Below the pieces are notes generated by a model, which saw only the letters and a program-made list of their open reading frames with translations, searched no databases and was not told where the DNA came from. The position numbers were made by a program, and so were the translations under genes. From Felis catus (lineage: Eukaryota): a stretch of 64,000 bases of DNA. This document shows positions 38,687-51,228 of the stretch, one piece after another. How positions within the stretch are numbered: the first letter of the stretch is position 1; every line of letters starts with the position of its first letter. The stretch spans positions 108,006,001 to 108,070,000 of the forward strand of contig NC_058373.1 in NCBI RefSeq assembly GCF_018350175.1. Direction: 5' to 3'.

Positions 38687-40790
38687 ACAAGAGGCACATC
38701 TGCTCCCCAGGAATGTTGTCAGGGGCTTTTAACACTGGCCCCTGAGAAAGAAAAAGAAATAACTTGTCTTCCCAAGAACATTTGGATTTGTTCTTTGGTA
38801 TTCATATTTATTCAAAGGTGCTGCAGTTCCCAAGATCACCTTCTGGGATGATCGGAAACTCTCTTGGAGTGGGAAGCGATTCCTGAGTTGAAAAGCCTTT
38901 TTAACCAAGTTTGGTTCTGCCTGAGCCGTGAACATCCTTTGTGGTTGATGCTAGCTTTCTTGTGGGCCGTCCCACCTTGCTATTTCCTGAAGCTACTGGC
39001 ACAGGTGAAACAGGCAAATGAATAATAATCCCTGGGTTTCCGGAAAGACGTCTTAATTCTCAACAGGTTTTGGTCTGAAAAGTAACAGCTTGTTAACTAG
39101 ATTTGCTTTACAAATTTTGCACTGTTGGCATTGTGCATCGGGGCCTTTCCCCAGCCCTCTCTGCAGAAATGAGCCCAGAGTTACTCATCCTGCTGCATTT
39201 TAAAGGAATTCCAGGAGTGCTCAGACAAGCCGCTGAAAAACCTATGTTATTTCAGGACTTCTGACCATGGATGTTTCAGGCCCCAGTAATGCCATTGAAA
39301 TTAGAAATGACTGTGCCAGAGGTAGCATTCTACTTCTATCAGATGAGGTGGCAAGGCATGTGGGGGTTTATGGGTGGCTCCCTCAGGAAGAGAAGCAGCT
39401 TGAAAAATTGGACCTACATGCCCAGCTTTGTCCTTGTAGACAGAGCCTCCTCCCTTCAACCCATTTCTCACTCCATGAACTGATCTGTCCTGACAGCTGC
39501 CAAATTAGCCCTCTCACTCCTGGGACTTGCTTTGGCATTACCAGAGATCTCTGCTTTCAAAGTTCACTCTTCATTTAAAAAGTTTTTTCAGCCTTATTTC
39601 AGGGGTCAGTTAAACTGATTTAAAACTCTTTGTGGGGAAGGGTAGTTTTGACCAGCAAAGGGTACGCAAGTCTGTGATGCCACAACTTACTTATTCACCA
39701 AAGGTAAGTCTATATTTGAATATAAGTGATCTAAAAAACAATTTTGAAGAACACACAGGTCAGAGGGAATCCTATGATACCTGTCATCTATGGTTTTTCT
39801 TTTCCCCCTTCTGATCCATGCGCCATTGCAATTTCTTCTCTGTTCCATTTCCTCAAATTAGAACAGTCCCTCTGTTTGAGGCTACAACCTGTTTACTGAA
39901 GGACAGAGCCCGAATCCAGTCTAGAGTCTGCTGGAAAATAAAATGGAGTGTTCCTCCTTCAGTCACTGACTGATCATCCCATCCCATCTGTCACCAACCG
40001 ATGGAGTGGCCTTGGGCGAACCACATGACTGCCCTCTCCTTCTTTTCCTTGTTTGCGGAATAAGGAAAATGCAGCTCTTTCGCTCTCATAGAATTACTGT
40101 GGAACTTACTTAATTTGCAGTATGTGGGTGAACTGTGCAAAGTTTTAAAATAGTACATAAATATAGCCATGCTATTATGTGAAGTCGTGTTTCCTATCCT
40201 TTCTCCCTATTCTCCCTGGGAAAAAAAACAGGAACAAAATCCTTGCCAAACGATGTGATGGCATGCCTAATTTAAGTCCTGGCCAGAGTGGAGAAGGCTA
40301 GCACTATTGTGGGACGCATCCAAGAGTTCCTGAGAATACACATACCCTGCATCTCTGTTTTGTTTGCTTTCTTACACTGACTCCATAGCCTGGACCTCAT
40401 GTTGGGGTGGAGGAGATGTCATACAAATTCCTGGAGACACAGTCTGCTGCTTGTTAATAATACAAATGCTGCAAAGAGTTTTAGCCTGGCTGCCCATATT
40501 TGGAGGGCTTGAAGACACATTTTTGTGTGTTCTGACTCCGACAGTGTCTTTCTTACACTGGAAATTACTGGAGTCTCTGCCATCTATTTTTTTTTTATGA
40601 TGCAGTAACTTCCAGACAATGAGTAAATGTTTCTGTGGGCAAAGGGGCTGTGTGCCAATACTGTCACCATTTAGCTGGCATGCGTGGAGTATGGCTCTCA
40701 ATTTCTCTGGGCCTCATTTTCTTAAGTTGGAGGTTTTCAAATAGCGTCCATTGAAACCCTTTATGGGCAGGAGGAGTGGAGATGGACTTA

Positions 40791-40840
40791 ATGAAGATGA
40801 TGATGATGATGAAGGTGGTGGTGATGATGTCAGTGATGAT
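40791..40840. repeat. (GAT)n/(GGT)n trinucleotide repeat
   Basis: Directly visible. Confidence 0.85.
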
Positions 40841-41061
40841 TTGGCACTTGAGGCATCTTTATAAAATGTGGGGTAATAGGGAGAGTTTGAACATTGCTGT
40901 CTTCCAGCGCTATTTTCTATGGCCCCCAAATTCCACCAGAACCTTCACTGATTGCTCCTATGAAATATTTATTTTCATATAGTCAGATTTTTTCTTCTCT
41001 TTCCCTTCATAGCTAATAGCTGTCAGGAAGGAAAGTTTAGAAAAAAGGTATTCACACTTAC

Positions 41062-41111
41062 CTGGTAGATTAGGAATTCTCCGCTTGACCCATCCAGGCT
41101 AGAAAGGTTTT
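41062..41111 (-). other. Candidate 50-nt internal exon
   Basis: Acceptor tgtttcccacAG| and perfect donor CAG|GTAAGT on the minus strand. Confidence 0.4.
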
Positions 41112-42750
41112 CTGTGGGAAACAGCTGTGACAGGAATTTGGTCAGGTGAAATAGAGACCAGGGCTGGAGCCCTCAGAAGCATAGCCATCTCCCATGAGAT
41201 GATGATACTTAGGCACAGCTTGCAAATTTCAGGTAGTTCCTGACCCTCTATACTTGCTAGAAGTAAAATGTGCACTTCTAGGGTTGGTTCCACGCTCTAT
41301 TTTCTGGAGTAATTTTAATTAAAATAGACAGACTTTGACATAAAATAAAGAGGTAAAGAATTCATTGAAAATCTAAACTGCGCTGTCTTGTAGAAGTGGC
41401 ATAATTTCCTAGTCTCCTCCTGGCTGCCATTATGCTGTGAGCGCCATTGACCCAAGAGTTGCTGTGACTTTGCGAAATAATGCAGGCCCAAGACTGTGGG
41501 TCTGATGGGGCAAGGAGAGAGGTGTCCCAAAGGAGAACTACAAAGTAAGTCCGCTGCAAAGATGCGTAAGGTCCCCAAACAATCCACATGGCCTGGCCCA
41601 TCAAGCCCACCGTAATCTACTGACTGAGAAAACAGTGTCATCACACATCTGGCATCTATATTCTTCTCTATCATCTCTAGCAATGATTCTCCACCATGCA
41701 ACATTCCCAAAGCCCTCAGTCTAGGACTTTCTCCTTATTCGCCAAAAAGGTTGACCTAGCAACTGAGTTACCTTGTGGACATGTAGGGGCTGGTAGATTT
41801 TCCCAAACCTATCCTTAGAGCTCGTCTCAAAACCACACGTTGCTCATCCATCTTTTCTCTGTTCTCACTTCTCTCTCCTCCTTCCTCCACACTCACGTTT
41901 ACTCCTTGGTGATCGCACAGCATTGCACCATATTCCTGCTTTTATCCTCCACCATTGGATCTTTCTACACAGTGTTGAGCGTCTGGAAGCAATCTCTCAG
42001 CCACGTGTTGACACTTTAGCACTCTTCTGAAGTTAAGAGCCAGATTTCACAGGCAACATTTTAAAGGAGATTGGGTTGCACTGTTTTGAATCATGACCCA
42101 TGGAGAGAGGAGTCAAAACAAAGTATTGTGAATAGCTTCGAGAAATCCTGGGGTCAAAACTTCTTAAATAAAGTTTTATGACCTAGTTGGAATGTGGCAC
42201 AAATGGCGTTTTTGGTTCATTTATTTAAAACAATTGTGTGACATCACTGTTTAGTCACTAGTCTGTGTTTATCCCCAAGGCAATTCCTAACAAATGGTGC
42301 CAACAACCCTGAGATGCTGTTCCATACACAACAGACATTGTGGGCTACTTTGCTCATTTGCAGAACATGCCGTTTTCTCACATAACAGGTTTTTGTTTTA
42401 TCCAATCAGTGAAACTGAGAATCTTCAGAAGGGAAATTCATTCTGGAAATCACTATCCTTCTTAAAAGACAGAACTATTTGGAGTTTTAAATAGTTTAAC
42501 TACTAACTATTTAACTTTAATTCTGACTGCATTAGTTTTTTTTCTTTTTTAAACTTTTTATTTTGAAGTTCAAGCTTCCAACTTACACAAAAAATTATTA
42601 AAAATAGTGTAAAAGAATATTGTTTGCCCTTCACTACCGTATACCATTTTTGTTATTTCTCTCTAGGTATCACCATCATCATCATCATCTGATCAATTTG
42701 AGAATGTTTCATATGCCTTTATCCTTAAATATTTTAATGAATATTTCTTT

Positions 42751-42967
42751 AAAAAATTTTTTTGATGTTTTATTTATTCTTGAGACAGAGAGAGACAGAG
42801 TGAGAGCTGGGGAGGGGCAAAGAGAGAGGGAGACACTGAATCCAAAGCAGGTTCCAGGCTCCGAGCTGTCAGCACAGAGCCCGATTCAGGGCTCGAACCC
42901 ACGAACCATGAGATCATGACCAGAGCTGAAGTCAGACGCTTTACCAACTGAGCCACCCAGGTGCCCC
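42751..42967 (-). mobile_element. Can-SINE
   Basis: TGAATATTTCTT duplicated on both sides; canonical body. Confidence 0.92.
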
Positions 42968-43886
42968 AGTGAATATTTCTTAAGAACAAAGACACTCACA
43001 CCACAGTATAATTATCAAAATCAGAAAATTTAATATAATGCTATTATCTAACATATAGACCTTATTCAAATTTTGCCAGTTGTCCCCAAAATGCCATTAA
43101 CAGCGTTTTTTTTTTTTTTTGGACCAGCTTCCACAGGTGAGGTACTTTCATTGTCATTTACTTCTAAATATTTTATCATTTCCATTGTGAATTCCTTTTT
43201 AACTCATGAGTTATTTAGTAGGTTGCTTTGCTAGTTTATAGACATGTGTCATTATTGTTTTTATTACTTTTCATTGCTGATTTCAAATTTAATTGCATTA
43301 TAGTCAGAGAATATGGTCTCTATAATATCCTTGTACATTTGTTGAGCTATCCTTTGTGCCTTGAATTGGAGATAAGATTATGTAAATACGTATTTAGGTC
43401 TAATGTTGAATATAAGGACTTTTTCCTATATATCTAGTAGATTTGTTGTTCAAACCTCTTAAATTCTTGCTAAGTTTTCATTTTCCTTGATCTCAGTAAT
43501 CTACACTATGATTATAGATTTGTTGATGCCTCCTTTTATTTCTTTCAGCCTTGGCTTTGTATTTTTCAGAGTTATGCTGTTAGATGCGGATAGATCATGA
43601 ATGCTACATCTTGGTGGATTATTTCATCTGATATTATATAGAGCCTTTACCTTAAAATCTATTTTGTCCAATAAAATATTACTGTACTGGGTTTCTTTTT
43701 ATTATTATTACATGGTACCTCTTTTTTATTCTTTTTTATTCAAAATTTCTCTTTTGGTTTTGTTTTACTTATGTCTCTTAAAAGAGGAATACAGCTGGAT
43801 TTTTAAAAAATCCACTCTGATAACCATTTTTACTAGATAAATGTGATCCCTTTATATTTTTTGTGGTATGTTTGAACTGCCTTCTT

Positions 43887-44111
43887 TTTTTTTTTTTTTT
43901 TTTTTCAACGTTTTTTATTTATTTTTGGGACAGAGAGAGACAGAGCATGAACGGGGGAGGGGCAGAGAGAGAGGGAGACACAGAATCAGAAACAGGCTCC
44001 AGGCTCTGAGCCATCAGCCCAGAGCCCGACGCGGGGCTCGAACTCACGGACCGCGAGATCGTGACCTGGCTGAAGTCGGACGCTTAACCGACTGCGCCAC
44101 CCAGGCGCCCC
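43887..44111 (-). mobile_element. Young Felidae Can-SINE
   Basis: Perfect TSD TGAACTGCCTTCTT at 43873-43886 and 44112-44125; CpGs intact; long T tract. Confidence 0.97.
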
Positions 44112-44305
44112 TGAACTGCCTTCTTATTTTGGGTTTTCACCTTGCCATAATTTTTTTTTTTTGCTTTGTAAACTTCTCCTTTTCTGCCTTCTACTGTATT
44201 AATAGTTTTCATATACTTAGAATGTTTAGATACAAATTTATTTATTGATTACAGTGGTTCCCTTTAATTTTTAAAAAATACATATTTATAACCATAAACC
44301 TATTC

Positions 44306-44504
44306 TTTTTTATTTTTTGTATTCTTAGAAAGAGAGCACATGCAAACAGGGGAGAGGGGCAGAGGGAGAGAGAGAGAGAATCCCAAGCAGGCTCCATGCT
44401 CAGCACAGAGCCCAACATAGGGCTCGATCCCACAACCCTGGGATCATGACCTGAGCCAAAATCAAGAGTCAGATGCTCAACCAACTGAACCACACAGGCT
44501 ACCC
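44306..44504 (-). mobile_element. Older Can-SINE
   Basis: TAACCATAAAC duplication; canonical body. Confidence 0.87.
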
Positions 44505-44922
44505 TAACCATAAACTTTTTAAACAAAAGCCAAAGTTATTCATTATTTCTATCCTTTTTTTTTCTTTTTACTATGGCATAGGCCTAATAGAGATTAAACA
44601 TGGTATTCCTTTCCCCCTATCTTACTATTGCTGCATTGAGCTTGAATTATACCCTTTTTAAAATCCAAAAGTATGGTTATGGTTAATATGCATGCCCTCA
44701 TGGTCAATAATTAATTAAACTCACTGATAAATGTTATCAATTTCTGTCTTATTATTATTTCTTATATTCCATGCCTTGGTTTCACTTTTCTTCTTAGTGA
44801 ATAACATCCTTTAATATTTCTTTCAGTGGAGTTTTTGTGTTGTTATTGGTAAAAAATCTACTGTTAATGCAGTTGTTACTCCTTTATAGAGAATATATTT
44901 CCTCTCCAGAAATTTCTGATTT

Positions 44923-45140
44923 CTTTTTTTTTATTAATGTTTATTTATTTTTAAGAGATAGAGAGACAGAGTGTGAGTGGGGAAGGGGCAGAGAGAGAGA
45001 GGAAGACACAGAATCCAAAGCACACTCCAGGTTCTGAGCTGTCAGCACAGAGCCCAATGCAGGGCTCAAACTCATAAACCATGACATCGTGACCTGAGCT
45101 GAAGTTGGATGCTTAACCAACTGAGCCACCCAGGCTCCCC
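44923..45140 (-). mobile_element. Can-SINE
   Basis: Canonical body ending 'gagccacccaggctcccc'. Confidence 0.9.
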
Positions 45141-45551
45141 AAACCTCTTCTCTTTAATGTTAGCACTCTGCATTCTTAATTCAATGTGTCTGGTAAGCAT
45201 GGTAAGCATGAGTTTTCTTTATTCATCTTAGCACTCAGAGAGCTCCTTTCATATGAGGACTCTTCTCTTTTTTTCAATCATGGAAAAGCCTCTGCTATTT
45301 ACATCTCCAAGGATTGCTTTCCTTCTTGAGAACTCCTATTTGCCATGTGTTGTAGCTATTCAAACTATGGTCCTTGTCTTTTTTCGTATCTTTTCTATCT
45401 TTGGCTGTGTACAGGTAAATCCCTCAGTATGATTTTGCAATTCTTTAATTCTCTATGTATTTGTGTTCAGGCTAAAGCTTATCCTATCAACTGAATTTTT
45501 AATTCAAATTACTAACATTTTTAGTTCAAATATTTCAAATAGCCGCTTTTT

Positions 45552-45764
45552 TCTTTTTTTTTTTTTTTAATGTTTCTTTATTTATTTTGAGGGAGAGTTG
45601 GAGAGAGGGGGAGGGGCAGAGAGAAGGAGATGGAAAATCCCAAGCAGGCTCTGCACAGTCAGCTCAGAGCCCAATGTGGGGCTCGATGCCATGAACCATG
45701 AGATCATGACCTGAGCTGAAATCAAGAGTCAGATGTCCAACAAGCTGAGGCACCCATGCACCCC
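45552..45764 (-). mobile_element. Can-SINE
   Basis: Canonical body; TCAAATAGC duplication. Confidence 0.87.
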
Positions 45765-45913
45765 TCAAATAGCTTATTTTTCATATTTACATAAGTTATT
45801 TTATTTATGCCTATTAGTTTTTCATAACATGCTCTTTTTTAAAAAATGGAAGCTGGTCCTTCATTTTATTTCTTTGAATACTCTAAAACATACTCATTTA
45901 AAAAATATTTTCA

Positions 45914-46134
45914 GGGGCGCCTGGGTGGCGCAGTCGGTTAAGCGTCTGACTTCAGCCAGGTCACGATCTCGCGGTCCATGAGTTCGAGCCCCGCGTCGGG
46001 CTCTGGGCTGATGGCTCAGAGCCTGGAGCCTGTTTCCGATTCTGTGTCTCCCTCTCTCTCTGCCCCTCCCCCGTTCATGCTCTGTCTCTCTCTCTGTCCC
46101 AAAAATAAATAAAAAACGTTGAAAAAAAATTAAA
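45914..46134 (+). mobile_element. Young Felidae Can-SINE
   Basis: GGGGCGCCTGGGTGGCGCAG head; TSD AAAAAATATTTTCA at 45900-45913 and 46135-46148. Confidence 0.97.
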
Positions 46135-46499
46135 AAAAAATATTTTCAGGCTATTCTATAAAATAATTTTACTCAGGATAAGTAATTTGTTGACTTCATT
46201 AACTTTAGACTTTTTTTTTGGTAGAATTTAGAATTTTGGTCTACAGGCTTTCCAAATCTTATTTGGGAAGGTTTTAACTTTTTTATTTTCCCACCTCCCC
46301 CAAATAGTTTTGCAGTTGCCTCACCTGAGCTTAGAAACAGGTGAAGCTTCTACCTTTTGGTGAAATTGGAGATACTATACATCTAGGCACTTAGCCAGCA
46401 TTTACTCATTTTCCATTCATAGATTGTATCTAGGCCCTCTTACTTTCCCAGGCTCACAGTTTGCCAAAAGCCATGATTCCAAATAAGAAATGGTCAAAT

Positions 46500-47035
46500 T
46501 TTAGATAAATATTGAAGGTAGATTTAACACTATTTCCCGGGATGTTTGTTGAGAGATATGAGAGAATGGTTATATCAAGACTTTGGGCCTCAGGAACGGA
46601 AGGACAGAGTTGCTATTACCTGAGATCAGGTAGATTAAGGGTAGAGCAGAGATATTAGGGCAGGGGAAAATCAGGAGTTCATTTGAATTTGAGATTTCTG
46701 TTAGACATCCAATGAAGATATTAAGTAGGCTTTTGGATATATAGGCCTGGAGTTTTAAGAGAGATCTGAGCTAGAAATTTAAATTGGAAGTGGTCAGGAT
46801 CTAGATTATATTTAAGGCCATGAACACGGATGAGATCATCAAAGGAGTGACGATGTATCCAGAACAGGACCAATGACTGAATCTAAGCATTCTCCAACAT
46901 TAAAAGTTTGGGAAGAAGAGGGGGAACCATTAACAACAAAACCAAGTAAAGTGGCCAATGAAGTAGAAGGGAAACCAGGGAAGTGTTGTATCCTCACACA
47001 GAAAGGAGGAAAATTTGAGAGGATCAAGTCTCTTA
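46500..47035. mobile_element. L2 LINE relic
   Basis: 'gaattttgagatttctgttagacatccaatgaagatattaagtaggc...ggatgagatcatcaaaggag'. Confidence 0.7.
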
Positions 47036-47060
47036 GTAAAATGGCTTGGCAATTATTATT

Positions 47061-47251
47061 ATTTTTTTTAGTGTTTTTTGTTTTTGAGAGAGAGAGACAG
47101 AACATGAGTGGAAGAGGAGCTGGGGGTGGGTGGCAGGAGGGGGATACAGAATCCTAAACAGGCTCTCGGCTCTGAGCTGTCAGCACAGAGCCCAATGTGG
47201 GGCTTGAACCCACGAACTGTGAGATCATGACCTGAGCTACCCAGACACCCC
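47061..47251 (-). mobile_element. Can-SINE
   Basis: Canonical body with a shortened tRNA-derived head. Confidence 0.85.
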
Positions 47252-47627
47252 ATACTAGACAGTTATTTTTAAGCCTCCTTTCATGCACTGTCGACACTGG
47301 GGGGTGTTATCTACCTCCCACCAACCCCCGGCTTCAAGCAGTAAACTGGTTTTTGTCCCCTGCCTTAAGTGAAATTCCCTTTACTTTGCAGAGACCAAAC
47401 TCCCCAGTGACCTCCCCTTGCTTTCATTCCTATTCCTCAGCACTATACGTTTCTGGTTTGTTGAGATGTTTGTCCATGAGCCAGCTATCCAGTTTTTATT
47501 TCCTATTCTATCTCTTATTACTATGAGTTTAGGGCACCAAAATTATATAAATGCATAAATTTGTGGAGTCATATGGATTGACTAGAAGTTCCTTACACTC
47601 TTTAAACATCTGAACATTTTGGACGGT

Positions 47628-48387
47628 GTGTAGTTAACTATTTAAGTTTTGTGGAAAACTTAGTGGCTTAAAACAGCAACAATTTATTGAACTCATGACT
47701 CTGCAAATCAGCAGGTTAGGGTGATCGACTGTACACTCTTCTGGTCTTTGCTGAGTTCTTTTTTTTTTTTTTTTAACATTTTATTTATTTTTGAGACAGG
47801 GAGAGACAGAGCACGAACGGGGGAGGGTCAGAGAGAGAGAGGGAGACACAGAATCCGAAACAGGCTCCAGGCTCCGAGCTGTCAGCACAGAGCCCGACAT
47901 GGGGCTTGAACTCACAGACAGTGAGATCGTGACCTGAGCCGAAGTCGGCCGCTCAACCGACTGAGCCACCCAGGCGCCCCTGGTCTTTGCTGAGTTCTTT
48001 AATGCATCCATGGTCAGCCACAGGTCAGCTAAGGAGTTCTGCTTCTGAGATATAACTGATGGTCAGCTAAAGCCAACAGGGGCAACAAAGTTGATTTGGC
48101 TATGTGGTCTTTCACATAGCTTAATCTTGTTCACATGGTAGCTGGAGAGAATTCTAAGGGAGAGAACAGAAACTCACCAAACTTCTTAAGGGCTAGGCTT
48201 GGAAATGGCACAGCATCATTTCTGCTGTGATTTACTGGTCAAAGCAGGTCACATGGTCAGTCCACATTCAAAGGGCAGGAAGATAGATACTATCCTTTGA
48301 TGGGAGGAAGTGGAAAGCCACATTGCAAAGGGTCACGGATACAAGGAAGGGGACGATTTTGACCATTTTTTCAAACAGTGTACTATG
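47628..48387 (-). mobile_element. MLT1-type LTR split by a SINE
   Basis: 'aaaacttagtggcttaaaacagcaacaatttatt' and 'ttggaaatggcacagcatcatttctgctg...tttgatgggaggaagtggaaagccacattgcaaag'. Confidence 0.7.
47762..47980 (-). mobile_element. Can-SINE
   Basis: Perfect 20-bp TSD TGGTCTTTGCTGAGTTCTTT at 47742-47761 and 47981-48000. Confidence 0.96.
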
Positions 48388-48911
48388 GAGTACAAAATGG
48401 ACTTAAATTGTTGTGGGATGAATTTGAATTAAGTTTCAGGAGAAAAGATGTCAGCAGTGGAGCAAACTAGGAATTCCTGAGTGTTGCAAGTACAGGAGGT
48501 AGTGGTAGAGGCTCTACATCAGATTCAGGACAGCTGGATGAGTATTTGCCATAATCAAGGTATGTGCTAGCAGCCAAGGGAGAGTCACAGAGGAACTCCT
48601 TCTTGCCTTTCAAGCAGCTATTACTTGAATAAGGGAGCGCAGGGCAAGACTCCAGCTCTACAACAAGGCAGAATATTAATGCTACAAGATGACTGGTCAA
48701 GGGAAAATCTTTGGAATGAGGCAAACTTCAAGTGTAGGCTGAAAGGAAGAAGCCGTGGAAAGATTAAAGACTCAAAAGAGAAGAAGATTACAGGCAGTGG
48801 TTGCCCTTTTGCCAGCATTTTTATTTAATAGGTAGAAAGGCCAAAAGCCTGAGAAATGCATCAATCCTCAGAAGACAAAGGGAAAAGAATCCAAGTTGTC
48901 TCAACTGTTTC

Positions 48912-49543
48912 TTTTTTTTTTTTTTAACTTAAACCAGAAGGAATTTATTGCTTTTAATTTAAAGAACACTTGTATCAACAAGAATTCTGTACGCCTCAGC
49001 AAAGATGGGTCCCAGCTTGTGGTAGGTCTGTCAGAATTTCAGGGTGTTACCACGACACCCCCTTCATACTATAGCCATCCAGTTGTTGATGTTCTTGGTG
49101 CCCGGACCAAATGAGGCCAGGGAGAGCTTAGAGGCTGGTACTCAGAAGGTACATTGACCTGTGGATCTGTAGTCCCTCACTCCAACAATCCTAAGAGTTT
49201 CTTTTCATAGAGTTGATTTGTTCTATAGATTCTGCAGAACTGAAGGCTGCCACCAAAAATGTCTTTTGGCTACTTCTTCATCTGTGTAAACCACACAGTA
49301 ATTTTTTTTTCATACTATCAAAATTTGACCAGGATTTCAATTCTCAGGGGTTATTATTGAAGGTAGGAACTATGGCTGGTCTTCGATACGTCTTAAAGGG
49401 CCAGAGGACCACAACCTCCAGGGGAACCAGGTCTATTAAGACATTGCTCCTCACCAAGCCTTTGTTCTCCATGGAGATCACCCGAACTCTACTCGCTGGA
49501 GTCAGAACCAATCTGGCAGAGTTACGGCCAGGCGTTCTCATAA
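48912..49543 (-). pseudogene. Probable processed retrocopy of an unidentified polyadenylated transcript
   Basis: Minus strand: AATAAA (48944-48949) 18 nt before an A14 tract (48912-48925); non-repeat body; CpG-containing 5' end; weak TSD. Confidence 0.55.
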
Positions 49544-49968
49544 TGCTCAATACTTTTTTCCAGGGGTGGGGAGAGATGATTCAGAGATTAGTCAATCATC
49601 CCAATACAAAAACTAGTGTACATTTTTGGAAGTAAGGAGGAAATATTTAATAACCGCGCTGTTCATGCTCTGTCTCTGAGATGAATTCAATCCCACACCA
49701 ACATTGCACTAGGAGTATAAATTTTTGTTACATGAAAGATCTATTCCAGACTCAGGGAAGAGTAGAGATGGAAACAAATATATTTGAATGTGATTATGTG
49801 CTAGAAACTATGCTTTATTTTTGCTCATTCACCACATCTAATCAATTCATCTGTCTCTTCAGTTCTGTCTCTAATATTTCTAGGATCCAGTCTCTTCTCT
49901 GAATTCCCACTGCCATTAATTTAACTAATAACCTTGTCATCTTCCACTAGGATTATTGTAATAGCTTC

Positions 49969-50358
49969 TGTTGTGGGCTGGATTGTATTCTCCCACCCAG
50001 ATTCACACATTGGAGGCTTAGCCTCAAGTATCTGCAGAATGTTACTATATTTGGAGACAGAACTTTCAAAGAGGTAATTGAGGTAAAATGAGGTCCCAAG
50101 TGTTTCCTAATCCAATATGACTGGTGTCCTTTCAAGAAGAGGAGATTAGGACACAAAAAGGCACAGAGGTAAGGCCACATGAAGACAGAGGGAGAAGATG
50201 GCCGTCTACAAGACAAGAAGACAGGCTTCAGAAGAAACCAACCCTGCTGACATCTTGATCTTAGACTTTAGCCTCCAGAAATGTGAGAAAATAAATTTCT
50301 GTCATTTAAGCCCTTCAGTCTGTGGTATTTTGTTATGTTGGCTCTAGCAAACAAATAG
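49969..50358 (+). mobile_element. MLT1A/B-type solo LTR inserted in an L2 relic
   Basis: 'tgttgtgggctggattgt...gtgagaaaataaatttctgtcatttaagcccttcagtctgtggtattttgttatg'. Confidence 0.85.
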
Positions 50359-50811
50359 AGCCTTCTATCTCCGTTCTTTGCTTTCAGTCATGTCCTTCTC
50401 AAAATCGATACTTCTAAAAGTGGAATGATCTGTCTCAATCACTGGTCTGTGTCACTTGCCTACTTAAAACCCTTCAGTAGCACCCCACCTCTCCCTGTGG
50501 TGTTTTCTACATTTAAGTTTTCTGGAACATTTGTTATTAAGATGTCCCCAGGTATGTAAACTTGGAAACTGCAATTCTCCAACTCCAAGGAGTACAATGT
50601 CCACTTACATATTAAAGCCTCCAAGAAGTTTTGTAGCCAAAAAACCCAGGTTAACTTGGTTTAACCCAATATTTGCCAAATTTAGCTGACTATGGAGGTT
50701 TTTTCTTAGTATAATACACATTATATCCACCACAACTTTGTTCTGTAATACAAACTAGGAAATGCTGCCCTACATAATCAAGTCCACATACTTTGACATG
50801 TCATCCAAAAT

Positions 50812-50925
50812 GAGGATCACCAGATTTAGCCAACAGAAATATAGGATGCCTAGTTGGATTTGGAATAATTTGTTGTTTATCTGAAATTCAAATTCACCTG
50901 GGCATCCTGTATTTTATCTGGCAAT
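50812..50925. mobile_element. MER53 palindromic hAT MITE, centrally deleted
   Basis: 'ttgtttatctgaaattcaaattcacctgggcatcctgtattttatctggcaa' matches the MER53 arm as recalled. Confidence 0.75.
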
Positions 50926-51228
50926 TGGATATGGGACCCTTTGTGACCTATAATATAGCGAACAGACTGAACCAAAATGAATTTGATAAGAATTCCCCCT
51001 TCCACCCCCCCCCCCCCAGTTAATATGCAAGGAAGAAATGAATTCAAGGTTGACTCCTGGCTTTTAGTTGGATTCCTTGTATTTTCCACCAACCCTTGTT
51101 CACTTAAAGCAGTGTCTCTCCTTCCTGGCTGCACATCTGAATCATCTGAGGAGCTTTTAGAAATCTTACGCCTTAATCCCAAACCAAGGGATTTAGAATG
51201 GGGGTCGCTGAGTGGGGACTTTGAAAGG

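Larger units (their letters stand above)
42535..46330 (-). mobile_element. Very old L1M fragments (L1MC/L1ME-like), T-rich on + strand, interrupted by SINEs
   Basis: Antisense L1 3'-end text 'aaactttttattttgaag' and antisense ORF2-like text 'aattgcattatagtcagagaatatggtc'. Confidence 0.6.

Noticed and set aside
49213..49635. 140-aa plus-strand ORF
   Set aside because: Antisense to the polyadenylated retrocopy, non-ATG start, runs across the insertion boundary, no recognisable homology
50812..50925. MER53 copy as a possible miR-1302-type hairpin
   Set aside because: The central palindrome that would form the hairpin is deleted and the arms are degenerate
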